Below, piece after piece: positions 23,533 through 35,918 of a stretch of 64,000 nucleotides of DNA (position 1 is the stretch's first letter; each line of letters starts with the position of its first letter). Under the pieces are notes generated by a model. That model was not told the DNA's origin. It saw only the letters and a list, made by a program, of their open reading frames with translations, and made no database searches. A program made the position numbers and the translations under genes. This DNA is from Saprolegnia diclina VS20. Taxonomy: Eukaryota. The DNA lies in the NCBI RefSeq assembly GCF_000281045.1, contig NW_008246097.1, positions 545,911-609,910 of the forward strand, in the 5' to 3' direction.

Positions 23533-23683
23533 GAAATGGGACCAGGCGTTGGACGTTGCTTGACCAGAAAATGGCGGCTGCGAGCACCAGACCAAGTCTG
23601 GTCTGCAATTTGTATCAAGCGCCGAGATTCCTGGCGTGGATCCGCAGTTTGGATTGTCAACGGCGTTTTGATTCGTCCATTTT

Positions 23684-24058
23684 NNNNNNNNNNNNNNNNN
23701 NNNNNNNNNNNNNNNNNNNNNNNNNNNNNNNNNNNNNNNNNNNNNNNNNNNNNNNNNNNNNNNNNNNNNNNNNNNNNNNNNNNNNNNNNNNNNNNNNNNN
23801 NNNNNNNNNNNNNNNNNNNNNNNNNNNNNNNNNNNNNNNNNNNNNNNNNNNNNNNNNNNNNNNNNNNNNNNNNNNNNNNNNNNNNNNNNNNNNNNNNNNN
23901 NNNNNNNNNNNNNNNNNNNNNNNNNNNNNNNNNNNNNNNNNNNNNNNNNNNNNNNNNNNNNNNNNNNNNNNNNNNNNNNNNNNNNNNNNNNNNNNNNNNN
24001 NNNNNNNNNNNNNNNNNNNNNNNNNNNNNNNNNNNNNNNNNNNNNNNNNNNNNNNNNN
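23684..24058. other. Assembly gap (N run)
   Basis: 375 Ns. Confidence 1.
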
Positions 24059-24882
24059 TCGGAGCCGCTCAACGTCCGCGACCTCTTTCCGCCGCCCATG
24101 ACGGAAACGATCGACGGCGTGCTGCAGTTGCGACAGCTTCACGTCAACATGATGCCGATCTACATGGATACATACAGCGCCCTCCCGCCCGACGTGGAGC
24201 GCTACCAGCAGCTCATCCTTGCGTGCGTCCAAGAGCTCCCATACGAAGAGCGCGGCCGCGTCGGGTATCTCACTGTCCACGAAGGCTATGTCGATGCAGG
24301 GACAAGTCAGCGCCGCGGTGGCCTCCACATTGAAGCGCCCAACGCCAAACGCGGGGGCTTTGCCAACGCGAATGCTGGCGGAGGAGCCGTCGAGTGCACG
24401 GTCGAGCCAATCTACTGGGGCGATGGCTCCTGCGTCGAGAACGAGATCTCGGGTGGCATCTTCATCGCCTCCAGGGTCGCCGACGCGTGCGAGGTATCGC
24501 GACGCTTGAATCGCCCGTCGAATGAAAGTGATCTCTCTAGGTTTGGAACTGCACCATTCGAGACAAGGACGAGGTTGTGGGGCCTTTTGGCGGCATCGAG
24601 CGCCTTCGTGGCGTCCTCCGCGACTGCGAGAGCGTCAAGCTGGATGCATACGAGCTGCTGTGGCTGACGGACCGCACCCCCCACGAATCGCTGCCGCTGC
24701 CGACGCGCACGTATCGCCAGTTCTTTCGCCTCGTCACGAGCAACGTTTCGCTCTGGTTTGCCGACCACTCGACGGCCAACTCTCTCGGGTGCGTTCCCAT
24801 TGCGCGCGTCGTGCACGGCAACAAATTCGGGCGCGCTTCGGCCCATGTCAACCAGCGCCACGAGCCGGTCAAGACCATCTAA
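24059..24882 (+). CDS. Uncharacterised protein, putative 2OG-Fe(II) oxygenase-like fold; 5' end may lie in the gap
   Basis: The frame is open from the gap edge: VNMMP...GYLTVHEGYV...QRRGGLHIE...GGIFIAS...CE|VWN...LLWLTDRTPHESLP...RQFFRLV. Intron at 24494-24540. Confidence 0.7.
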
Positions 24883-25942
24883 TACAAGAAATTTGTGCAA
24901 GCATAATCTACACGGTGGCGTAAGGAAGCAGCTCACTGAGGCAAGGTGGGCGAGCGAGACGCTTCAATGAACGAAGGTACGTGACCTCGCCTAGTATCGT
25001 CAATCGCACTGACGATAAAGTCGCCGTCCATGCAGCGCACCCACGGCAGCAGTATCTTTGCACCGTCTGCATCCAGCGTTGACAGGCTGGTCCACCCATG
25101 GCATCCAGTGCTTGCGTGCAGCGACGGCGGGACGTCCACGGCGATGACCACGAGATGACTGCGACTAGCGTACGCTCATGAACCCGCGACTCGAAGCACG
25201 CTCGGTGGGCGACAAGGCACAGTCGCAAATCCCCGCCCACGGTCCACGCGCTTCCTGGGGCGTCCTTGGCACGTGCCAGGAGTGATTACTGAACATACAT
25301 TATTTGTTATGATGACTTGACATGGAAGAGAAATAGTGTTCTCTATTACTTTCCGTCAACCAATGCTGCGTCAACCACCGCCCCCGTTAAAATCGCCATG
25401 TGCAGGCAAGCACACACAGTCGTCACAAATCGTTGAGCATCGAGTCATGCTCTCTGCCGTGTAGTCCCAGCGGGCGACTCGCTGGATCCAAAGTGGCATT
25501 GGAGTTGACCTTGGACGTCGTACACTATTTCCGATTCTATCTCTCTCGATGTCCTTTGTTTGGTGTTGGTTCTCCGTGCGCTCGAGACTATGGTCGTGGT
25601 CGCGATTCTGCACAACTTTGGGTTGAACGAGAAAGGCCGGCTCGCTCCAAGAGAGTCGGCGTCCATCACGCCTTCGCGAACCAAGGCGACGTCGAGCGCC
25701 GAGCCACCGCAGGAACGGTGGGGAACCTTCGCCCTTGTTCTGCGCAACGTGTCGCCAGGTCGTCGTTGAAGTTGAAACAATCGCGTGACGTCGGCGACGT
25801 CGTTTCGGTCGTAGGCCGCTGATTCGCTGCATTTGTCCAATCAAAACCGGCGGATTCAATCTTTTGTGTCGTGTAAACAGCACGTTGGCAGGATGCTCGG
25901 GAAGATCCCATTGCCCAACTTACCACTTTGCGCTCAGATCTC

Positions 25943-27547
25943 ATGGCTGCCCCGTCGAACGTCCGCGTGCTTGGCCACGTCACGAAGGAGTTCCAGGACA
26001 TCCTCACGCCCGACGCCCTCCGCTTCCTCGCCTTCCTCCACGAGAACTTTGAGACGCGCCGCCAGTCGCTCCTCCATGCGCGCTGCCAGCGCCAGCGCGA
26101 CCTCGACGCCGGCGTCTTCCCGAGCTTCTTGCCCGAGACCAAGTACGTGCGCGAGAGCGACTGGAAGGTCGCGTCGATTCCCAAAGATCTCGAGGATCGC
26201 CGTGTCGAAATCACGGGCCCTGTCGACCGCAAGATGGTCATCAACGGCCTCAACTCGGGTGCCAAGTGCTACATGGCCGACTTTGAAGACTCGACGTCGC
26301 CCGTGTGGCACACGCTCGTGTCGGGCCAAATCAACCTCAAGGATGCGGTGCGCCGCACCATCTCGTACACGCAGGGCAACAACGGCAAGAAGTATGCGCT
26401 CAACGCGTCGACGGCGACGCTGCTCGTGCGCCCCCGCGGCTGGCACCTCGACGAAGCCCATGTGACGGTCAACAACCAGATCCTCTCGGGCTCGCTGTTT
26501 GACTTTGGTCTCTACTTCTTCCACAACGCGCGCGAACTCGCGCTCCGTGGCTCGGGCGCGTACTTTTACCTCCCGAAGCTCGAGTCGCACCTCGAAGCGC
26601 GCCTCTGGAACGACGTGTTTGTCGCTGCCCAGAGCTACCTCGGGATTCCCAACGGCACGATCCGCGCGACGGTCCTCATCGAGACGATCCTCGCCGTCTT
26701 TGAGATGGACGAGATCCTCTTTGAGCTCAAGGACCACTCGAGCGGTCTCAACTGCGGTCGGTGGGACTACATCTTTTCGTTCATCAAGAAGTTCCGCAAC
26801 CACGCGTCGTTTGTGCTGCCCGACCGCTCGGAGATTGGCATGACGACGCCCTTCATGGCCTCGTACGTCAAGCTGCTCATCCACACGTGCCATCGCCGCG
26901 GCGCGCACGCCATGGGCGGCATGGCCGCGCAGATTCCGGTCAAGAACGACCCAGCGCTCAACGATAAGTTTATGGCGGCCGTCCGCGAAGACAAGCTGCG
27001 CGAAGCCAACGCGGGCCACGACGGCACGTGGGTCGCGCACCCGGGCCTCGTCAAGATTGCGCTCGACGTGTTCAACCAGGTCATGCCGACGCCCCACCAG
27101 ATTGCCAAGGTCGCCGAGGCCGGCAAGCACGTGACGGCCGCGGACCTCATTGCCGTCCCGACTGGCGGCATCTCGTACACGGGTCTCGAGGAGAACATTG
27201 ACGTGTCGCTCGAGTACACGGAGGCGTGGCTGCGCGGCAACGGCTGCATCCCGCTCCACAACAAGATGGAAGACGCGGCGACGGCCGAGATTTCGCGCGT
27301 CCAGGTGTGGCAGTGGCTCCGCCACGGCAAGTCGACCAAGGACGGCAAGCGCATCACGAAGGAGCTCGTGCTGAGCATCCTCGCGGCGTGCACGCAGAAG
27401 CGCGTGACGCAGGCCAAGGCTGGCAACAAGTACCAGCTCGCGCACGACGTGCTCGTCGACGTCTTGACCAGCGACAAGTTTGAAGCCTTCTTGACGCTGC
27501 CGTGCTACCCGCACATTGTCACGCTCGCGCCCAACGCCAAATTGTAA
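25943..27547 (+). CDS. MLS: Malate synthase (MS-A type), peroxisomal/glyoxysomal
   Basis: RRVEITGP, MADFEDS, LLVRPRGWHLDE, GLNCGRWDYIFS, AMGGMAAQIP, GHDGTWVAHPGL, MEDAATAEISR. C-terminal PTS1 -AKL. Intronless. Confidence 0.97.
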   Translation: MAAPSNVRVLGHVTKEFQDILTPDALRFLAFLHENFETRRQSLLHARCQRQRDLDAGVFPSFLPETKYVRESDWKVASIPKDLEDRRVEITGPVDRKMVINGLNSGAKCYMADFEDSTSPVWHTLVSGQINLKDAVRRTISYTQGNNGKKYALNASTATLLVRPRGWHLDEAHVTVNNQILSGSLFDFGLYFFHNARELALRGSGAYFYLPKLESHLEARLWNDVFVAAQSYLGIPNGTIRATVLIETILAVFEMDEILFELKDHSSGLNCGRWDYIFSFIKKFRNHASFVLPDRSEIGMTTPFMASYVKLLIHTCHRRGAHAMGGMAAQIPVKNDPALNDKFMAAVREDKLREANAGHDGTWVAHPGLVKIALDVFNQVMPTPHQIAKVAEAGKHVTAADLIAVPTGGISYTGLEENIDVSLEYTEAWLRGNGCIPLHNKMEDAATAEISRVQVWQWLRHGKSTKDGKRITKELVLSILAACTQKRVTQAKAGNKYQLAHDVLVDVLTSDKFEAFLTLPCYPHIVTLAPNAKL

Positions 27548-27819
27548 GCGCAACTCAATGTACTAAATTCAAATCTCAGTATCTACCATCACCCAACTCG
27601 ACCACTGCTTCGTTCAACGAGGTGTCGCATGGACCATCTCGATGTCGCCAACTAGCTGTTCATACTAGCACGCATGTGCCATTGCCGGTGGGCGTTGACG
27701 GTCAAGACGCAGGTCGAGTAAGTGGCGGTGGCGATGAGTGTCTCGACATGAAGCGAGCGTCAAGTTTGCTGGCGCATCGTCCTTGTCTTGGACGTTGAAA
27801 CTCAAAATGAACGCGATTT

Positions 27820-29300
27820 TTAGAGTTCGGTTCGGTTTGGGTGCAGCGCAAACGATGGGGGGAGCGTTGAATAGCTGCTGCTCGAGCCGGCGCTGCTGCC
27901 TTGGCGCTGGAGCGTGCGGGTACTATTACTACTACTGCTAGTGCTACTGCTGAGCGTGCGCGACAAGGACCGTGTCTCGGCATCGAGCGCTTTGGCTTTT
28001 GCGCGCGCCGCCTTGCGCTCTTCGGCCTCGACGACCTCGTGCGCAAAGTAGCTGTCCATCGTGTCGCGGAGGCCAAATGGAACGTTGGGTTTGAGCTTGG
28101 GGAGGAGCCAGAGCAGTGCTTCCGGGTCTGCGTACGACTCGAACACCTTGGCGCCGCGCACGGCCTTGAGGCTTGACGTCGGGTCGATGAGAAAAATGGC
28201 CGCCGCATCGATACCGACGGCTTCGTACGCCGCAACGTCCGTCGGGCGGTTGCCAAACCCAGCGACAAAGACCGGATGCGCCGACTTGCGGCCGCCGTGA
28301 ATGGTCGCGAGCTGGATCGTATTGAGCACGTTCTGCTTGAAGACGTTGGGGTTTTTGTTGACGACTTCGGTGAGGAGCGCGCCTGTGTAGCCGCTGGAAT
28401 TCGTAATGAGCGGGCCCGGCGGCAGTTTGTACGGCGGCTGCGCAGCTTGGTCGAGGTGCTCCCGGGACGAGTCGGCCCAGTGGATTGGCCGCGCCGTCAA
28501 GTACAAGATGCGGAGGCCCATCGCATGCAGCTTCCCGAAGAACGCGCACGCGCCCGCATGGATAAAGTCGTACTGCCCCAAGCGCAGCGTGCGGATATGG
28601 CCTTCAATGTCGCTGATCGTGATCGTCCCGTCGAGGTCGGCGACAATAGCCGCGTCGTCGGGCCCCCACACATAGAGGCGGCATTCGACGTACCGGACCG
28701 AGGCGGTGTAGCGCTTGCGGTGCTCGAAGCGGACGCTTGCGTACGACGAAGTGTCGTCGAGTGGGATGATATCGTTGAGAAATGCGAGGACGTCGTCGGG
28801 CGGCGTGTCGAGCCCTACACACGAGAGCTTTGCTCGAGGCAGTAGCAACCGTGGAACGCACCCGACGGGAAGGCGCACCGGCCCTTGTCGCCAAGGACCA
28901 TGGGCAGCGGGAGCTTGCGCCCGTTGACGAACACGTCGACGTGGTCGCCGGCGCTGCTCGACGAGAAGCGCGAGTACGAAAAGGCGGCGACCCATGGCGT
29001 GCAGGCAATCGCGGTGCCCGAATCGTTGCGCACGAGGATGATGTCGATCGCGTTGCCAGCCTTCTTCATATCGTCAGTTTGGCGAGCGACCGCTGGCGGC
29101 GCGGGCCCGCGGGCGAGGACCGGTTCCTGCGGGAAGAGCGGATTCGGGTGGTCGTAACTCGCCGTGCTACCAGCGGCAGGAAAGAGCTCGTTGCCGACGT
29201 CGACGCTCGGAGCCGCCGGCGGGAAGAGGTTCTCGTACGAGTCGGCCGGCTTGGTCGGCGGCGGCGGCCCGAAGAGGTCATAGTCCCCGTCGTCGGCCAT
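27820..29300 (-). CDS. LNS2 (lipin/Ned1/Smp2) HAD-family phosphatase
   Basis: NAIDIILVR...CTPW (N-LIP-like), IVADLDGTITISD (DxDxT), ILYLTARP, LPPGPL, AGFGNRPTDV. Intron at 28815-28861. Confidence 0.88.
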
Positions 29301-29921
29301 GCTCAAGCCGTTTCGGAAGTGCAAAGTGCGGAACTAATAAAATACGATTTGTTGACGAATTAAAAAATGCGAATCAGCATTCGCGCTGTCCCAGCGTTCG
29401 CCAGACCCCATTCGCGCCTTCTGTACGGCTTCGATCGAGGCTTGTAGAGAGATAGAGAATTTGGTAGTCGGCAACTGAAGTGGCAGCGACGTCTGGCGGC
29501 CAATCGCTTGCCGATCACTCGACCAGCGATTGGCCGCAATGACTTGCACCAGCTACAATTACTGTACCTTGCACTATGGTGTGTCGGAGATATCGAACTG
29601 GCCTTCCAGTAGACTGCTATTCCTTGCAAAAGAGGCAGCATTTACGGTGCGGGCAAGAAGGGTGCTGGGAAGCCAACATGAATGGACCGGTCAGTACCTA
29701 GTGGCCGGCCAGCCAGCGTACAGTTACTAGTACAACACTAGAATATGGCTAGACTGTGGTGAGTCGCCTCTCGAGACTGCTGCCAAATGCTCGCATTCTC
29801 CTCCTGCCACGTCATTTGCCGCGAAGGAGCACGACTTGAAAGCGTGTGACGATGACCATTTGCGCCCGTCGGGGACAAGACCTTTGAGTCGCATAACGAC
29901 GTTCGGCTCAAAATAGCTCGG

Positions 29922-32390
29922 ATGGCCGCCGTGGACGCCGCGCCCCACCCGCTTGACATTCGGCCGGACCACAACCCGACCGACCTCTTTGCGTGCTTGT
30001 GGTTCAAGGCGACGACGGTGCGGCCGCTCTCGCTGCGCATGCCAGACACGATCGTGATTGAGCACGGTCGGTTCCAGCAGTGGTTCTTCACGTCCAAGCG
30101 CGGCGAGGTCAGCCATCCCTGCACTGTAATTTGTCACGTTGGGTGGTTAGATTTTGCGGCGAAAGCGAGACAAACTCACGAAGGACCGCGTCTTTCGCTT
30201 CTTCCAGGCGAAGCTCACGGCTGGCATCGCGGCCGTCTTTATCCACGCGGTCAAAACCGACGACGAGCGCGTTCTGTACACGGAGCACTTGAGCCTCCCG
30301 GCCCTCGGTCCCTTCCTTATCGTACTTGGTGTGTCGCTCATGCGGTGGGCTGTAGAGTCGCTGCTCTTCAAGATCTCTACGGTCGAGCATGGCTTCTTGC
30401 AGGCGTTTGTCGTGCCAAAGTCGGGCTACAACACTGCGATCGAGGCGGTCTACTCGCACGACGGCTGCAGCTTCCTCGCGACGCGCGCCACCAACGTCCA
30501 CCTCATGATCAATCACATGGTGTCGCTCAACGACCGCGTCGCCACCTTTGAAGGCGCCGCCAACGTCACCAGCAAGAGTCGGCAAATCGCTTCTTTTTTC
30601 AAATCTCATTTTGGATCTAGAGCCGATTGCGAGCGCCACCATGCTCGCCGACCTCAAGCGCATCAACGACGACATTGTGTGTCAGATCCGTCTCGCGATC
30701 GGCTTGGAGGCGACGCGCATGACGCTCTACTTCAAGGTACTATTGCCCGCGGCAGTTGAACTCAACGAGACGTTAGATCGGTGTCGACAACCAACTCTAT
30801 TTTTTGTATCCGTCGACCATCCTCTTTCAGAACGAAGACGTCTTGTCGCCGTTCGAACTCGCGCTGCACCCTGGCGTCCTCATGACCGTCGCGCCGTCCC
30901 CTGACACCCACCGCCGCCGCCGCAAGTGCCCCGGGTGCCACCGCTTCGACCGCGACGCCAGCGAGAGCCAAGTGACCTTTCTAGTACGTCCGATGCTTCG
31001 TTCCAAGCTGTGACTTCGTGCGCAGGTGACGTACAAAGCCATCATGGCGGCCCACGCGCAAAACTCGGACGACTCGCTCGAGCTCCACCAGTATACGATT
31101 CCGCACATCATTCAGTCGACCAATCCCGCGCTCAGTGTCGACAAATATTTGGCGCTGACCAAGACTGCGTCCTTTTTGTATGCGTGTTGACAATATGTGG
31201 ATCAGCTTCCTGTTCGGTGCAATAGGTACAAGACCATTGAGGTGTGCGAAGCGTGTTGCCGCTCGATCAACGCCAGAGCCATGCTGACGCCAAAGCACGC
31301 GCTTCCAGCGGTTCTGCCAACGTCCGAACGACGGTCAACGCGCCTCAGCATCGGTACTTTTTTTCTTTCGGAATTTTTACACGACGGGAATCTAGTCCAT
31401 CGACGAGCCGCCTCGGCGACGCCGCGGCTCTCAGTGTTGCGACCGGCCGAGGCGACCCCCGTTCTTCCGTCCCCAAACGTTGCGCTAGTCCAGCCATCAC
31501 GGCCGTCGAGCGCCGCTAGCACCGTCATTCGCAGCACACGCAGACAAACGCTGGCATCGACGTCCGGGTCCGCTGTCCCAGGTACAGCCGTGCGATACCA
31601 AGGTTTACACATGACGTGGCTTTGTCAGAGCCCGCCATGGCCGGTGCTATTCACCTAAAGTCGAAGCCTCGGCCCAATTCGGCAGCATGCTTACTGCGAC
31701 CTTCGCCGACTTCAGTCCGTGTCTAGTTGTCTCGACGTCTCAGAGTCGCGAATTCGTGCTGTAGATGCCAAGGACATCGGTGTCGCCAACGACCATCTCT
31801 GGCAGCTTGGAGAAGCTCCGAATGCAACTCGTCCAGACCACGACCGAGCACGCGCCATCGCTGGAAACGCTTTTGATGGAGCACGAGATGCACCCGCAGC
31901 ACACGTGCGTGCACATCAACTACCTCTCGACACTGGCGACGTCGCTCGGTATCGTCTTGACGACGGACGAGGTACGCGACATGGCGTCAATGAGCAGTCT
32001 TCATGCGCTGGATTCTAGTGGAAGGCAATTGCTATGTACTGTGAGCCCCACACGGACTTGGCGCTGGTCGATCTACACGTTCTCGACGAGCTGCTCCGTC
32101 TGCCACGCGCACCGCAGCCGCCGCGGCCCCAGTCCTGCGGTCCCAACGCACGACCGCAGCCACCGAGCTACCATGCGTTGCGTGCGCTCGGGGCGTTCGT
32201 CTCGTCAAACCGCATCGCGAAGGCCACTCCTGCCACCTCGTCAGCCCCCCCACCGACACCCCCGGCCGCGAAAGCGGTAATGCCGGAGCCTCACACAGCA
32301 ACACCATTGCTGCTCGAAGCCAAACCAAACGACGACCTCACGCACGAAGAGCGTGCGTGGCTTGAAAGTGTGTTGGGACGAGAAACATAA
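29922..32390 (+). CDS. Multi-exon hypothetical protein
   Basis: Chain of coding-like exons joined by short GT-AG introns (PDTIVIEHG...WFFTSKRGE|ILRRK, FLQAFVVPK, RVATFEG, CPGC, VCEAC). The full structure is not resolved. Confidence 0.6.
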
Positions 32391-32430
32391 TTCGGTAGTT
32401 CACGTCTTATTTATTTTCTTAAAGTACAGT

Positions 32431-34578
32431 CTACTTGTTTGCGTGGTGCAGAATGAGCGTGATAAAGTGGTTGATGGACACGCGACCTAAGTAATAATGG
32501 TGACAATATTGTGGGATACCATGATGCTGTCTACCACTGCAAGCCGGGTCAAACTGGCAAAAGAGAGCGGTGCGCTACAGTGTGTGGCATGAGGCGAGGC
32601 TGTTGCGAGGCGCGTACCTCGTTGTCGTTGAGGCTACAGTTCAGGCTGCTGAGAGCATCTTGCAGCCGACGTCGATCCACCGACCCATCTACAGGACTCA
32701 ATGGACTGAGCTAACGATATTCAACGCTTTCTACCTGGATACGCGACGTGTTGAAACGCAAATTGAAGTCGCTTTTGCAGCGCCGCTTGCTTCGTCTGCT
32801 TCTGGCGTAATGCAGCTGCAATTGTCGATGCGATGCCAGAGAGCTTTGCGGCACCGCCGACGGCTGCGAGGGCTCGGTCGTAGGCTTTTCGCGTCGCGTC
32901 GTCTTTGCAAAAGTCGTCGAATGCAATTGTTGGCGGATCAGCGGGACGCAGCTCTCCGATTGGTTTCCGTGGGCTCNNNNNNNNNNNNNNNNNNNNNNNN
33001 NNNNNNNNNNNNNNNNNNNNNNNNNNNNNNNNNNNNNNNNNNNNNNNNNNNNNNNNNNNNNNNNNNNNNNNNNNNNNNNNNNNNNNNNNNNNNNNNNNNN
33101 NNNNNNNNNNNNNNNNNNNNNNNNNNNNNNNNNNNNNNNNNNNNNNNNNNNNNNNNNNNNNNNNNNNNNNNNNNNNNNNNNNNNNNNNNNNNNNNNNNNN
33201 NNNNNNNNNNNNNNNNNNNNNNNNNNNNNNNNNNNNNNNNNNNNNNNNNNNNNNNNNNNNNNNNNNNNNNNNNNNNNNNNNNNNNNNNNNNNNNNNNNNN
33301 NNNNNNNNNNNNNNNNNNNNNNNNNNNNNNNNNNNNNNNNNNNNNNNNNNNNNNNNNNNNNNNNNNNNNNNNNNNNNNNNNNNNNNNNNNNNNNNNNNNN
33401 NNNNNNNNNNNNNNNNNNNNNNNNNNNNNNNNNNNNNNNNNNNNNNNNNNNNNNNNNNNNNNNNNNNNNNNNNNNNNNNNNNNNNNNNNNNNNNNNNNNN
33501 NNNNNNNNNNNNNNNNNNNNNNNNNNNNNNNNNNNNNNNNNNNNNNNNNNNNNNNNNNNNNNNNNNNNNNNNNNNNNNNNNNNNNNNNNNNNNNNNNNNN
33601 NNNNNNNNNNNNNNNNNNNNNNNNNNNNNNNNNNNNNNNNNNNNNNNNNNNNNNNNNNNNNNNNNNNNNNNNNNNNNNNNNNNNNNNNNNNNNNNNNNNN
33701 NNNNNNNNNNNNNNNNNNNNNNNNNNNNNNNNNNNNNNNNNNNNNNNNNNNNNNNNNNNNNNNNNNNNNNNNNNNNNNNNNNNNNNNNNNNNNNNNNNNN
33801 NNNNNNNNNNNNNNNNNNNNNNNNNNNNNNNNNNNNNNNNNNNNNNNNNNNNNNNNNNNNNNNNNNNNNNNNNNNNNNNNNNNNNNNNNNNNNNNNNNNN
33901 NNNNNNNNNNNNNNNNNNNNNNNNNNNNNNNNNCCCGTAGCCTGATTGGTTTGTCTTGCCGGATGGTGCAGCGTGCTGCCTCTTGTCCTTGGCGGTCTTA
34001 GAAGCGCTCTCGGCTGGTCCTTGCATAGACTTTGCAAGCGGTTTCTTGGACTCACTGCTCAGATCCATTGGCTTGCTCGACGGTATGCGGGCGTCCACCG
34101 CTGTGACGTCGATCGAGTGCTGCGACGGCGGTGCTTGGAACTCGCCGTAGCCGCTAATCTCGTCAAACTGACCGTACCCCGAGCCTTCCTTCTCTCCGCA
34201 TCGTTTCTTCGGATGCAATTTGCGCGCAGTCGCCGGTGTGCACATTTCCAGGCCCTTTGTGAACGTGACACCAATCATATCTTCGCGGTTGTGGCGGTGC
34301 CCTAGAATCCCACCGTTGGCACAATCACTTCCGCCCACAGCTGTACCTTGATAGCCCACGATTGCGCGCTTGATCTTGCCCCGCACCGGAGCCGGTGCCA
34401 CGTCAGCGTCGCGCGGGTCGGGCGGCACGTACCTACCCGTCAAGCCGATAGTACCGGATGGGACCGAATTCGAAACTTCAAGTGCCTACCCCGTGTACTG
34501 ATGCTCGGGCTGCGCATGCTTGCGCAGCTGCCGGCGCTCCGCGATCGAGGCATGGGACGGCTTGACCTCAAGCCCCAT
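32431..34578 (-). CDS. Hypothetical protein with C-terminal EF-hand-like pair, interrupted by a gap (may be one or two genes)
   Basis: Start MGLEVKP...YTG|YVPP...IVGYQG. 3' exons give AFQHVAYP|DGSVDRRRLQDAL...ALFCQFDPACSG|RVSINHFITLI...NK*. Confidence 0.55.
32977..33933. other. Assembly gap (N run)
   Basis: 957 Ns. Confidence 1.
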
Positions 34579-34671
34579 TTTGAAATAGGACGATCGTGCG
34601 TTACGCCACAACCAACCTAAATGTGCACTCAACGCTGGTTCACAGTGTATTCATACAGTGTATTTGGATTA

Positions 34672-35615
34672 TTAGGCGACTTTGCGCTTTTGGGCACACC
34701 AAAGAAGTAGCTGGCACATGTAGCGCCACACGCGCTGATATGTCGACGCTGCCGGGGCCGGACGTGCCACGGCCACCGTCTTCTTGTCGTCGTACAAGCT
34801 ACCGACACGCTTCATCATGTTCTTCTCAAACTGCCGCTGACTCGAGCGCTGGTGCTTCCACAGTAGCTCCGAGCGGTCAATGGCGGCGGACTGGCGCTGC
34901 AGTTCGAGTCGCTCGCTCTCGCTGCTGGCGTACTCGGTTGCCGTTGTCAAGTCGGCGCTACGTCAATGTTGGGTTTAGTGTTTGAAAAGACCGCAGCTTG
35001 TCCGTGTACTACCGTGCCTCAGCAAAGCGCTCCAGGTGCATCAACGCCTTGGCGCGCTGGCGCGTCGCCTTCATGTTGGTCGGCTCCGACTGTAGCACGA
35101 GGTTGCACATTTGAGCGGCTTTGCCCCATTGCTAGCGATAGCAGTAGCCGGCGAACATCGATGCACGAGTGCGTACCTCGAGCTTGAGCATGCACGCAAC
35201 GACGTTGCACGTGATGGGGTTTTGTATGGTCGCTTGCACCTTGTGCTTGTCCGCACCAAAGTCGAGGCCCGCGAGCGCTTGGAGGTAGGCGTCGCTGGCC
35301 TCGGCGTACGCCCCCGCACGAAAGAGCTCGTTGCCTTTCTCTCGATGGGCCGCGATCCACGCGACTTTGCCTTCCCGCGTCAGCTGTGCGGCGCGCTCGG
35401 CCGACGACTTGATCTTGGACTGTGTGTCGAGATACGCGATTTCCTTGTCGGATCTAGTTCCGAGTGAGTGACACGATTGGAAGGCGTGACGCGCACGTGT
35501 CGAGCGCAATGCCGTTGCCGACGTCACGCTTCAATTGGACTTTGCCACCGACGTGCTGCATCGACTCGTTGATCGAGTCGAGCATCTTGGACACCGTGTA
35601 TGGCTCGTGGGCCAT
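34672..35615 (-). CDS. TPR-repeat protein (three TPRs, co-chaperone type) with a hydrophobic/basic C-terminus
   Basis: HREKGNELFRAGAYAEASDAYLQAL, NVVACMLKLE|QWGKAAQMCNLVLQSEPTNMKATRQRAKALMHLERFAEA|RADL. Three introns. Confidence 0.85.
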
Positions 35616-35918
35616 TTTCGCGCGACCTTTTTGTGTTGGCGGAATCTTCAAGAGACGCCAAATTTATATAGTGTTATACTGCATATACTGTTGACGACCA
35701 GATGCACGGACAAGAGAGCATGGCGCTGCATCATAGCAACGAATGCCTGTGCGTAGCGCTGTTTCAAATGGAAGCGATGGCAAGCAAGATGGCACGGCAT
35801 ACGAGCGCAACGTGCACGCGACGGAGACACGCAGCACAGCACCTATACACTATTTGAATCCCGGAGAAAACCCGGTGGCACGGTATCCGGACGCGAGAAC
35901 GAGAACAGGATTTGCGCA

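Noticed and set aside
25943..27547. Intronless malate synthase as recent bacterial transfer or contamination
   Set aside because: It has a PTS1 signal, host-like codon usage and eukaryotic flanks, and other genes here are also intronless.
25934..27553. Long antisense ORFs (here 539 aa; also 51442-53754, 55731-57098, 19464-21827, 39183-40508)
   Set aside because: Shadows of GC3-biased coding sequence on the opposite strand, with no recognisable motifs.
32570..34443. ORFs spanning N runs (also 23365-24333)
   Set aside because: Their length is an artefact of translating Ns.
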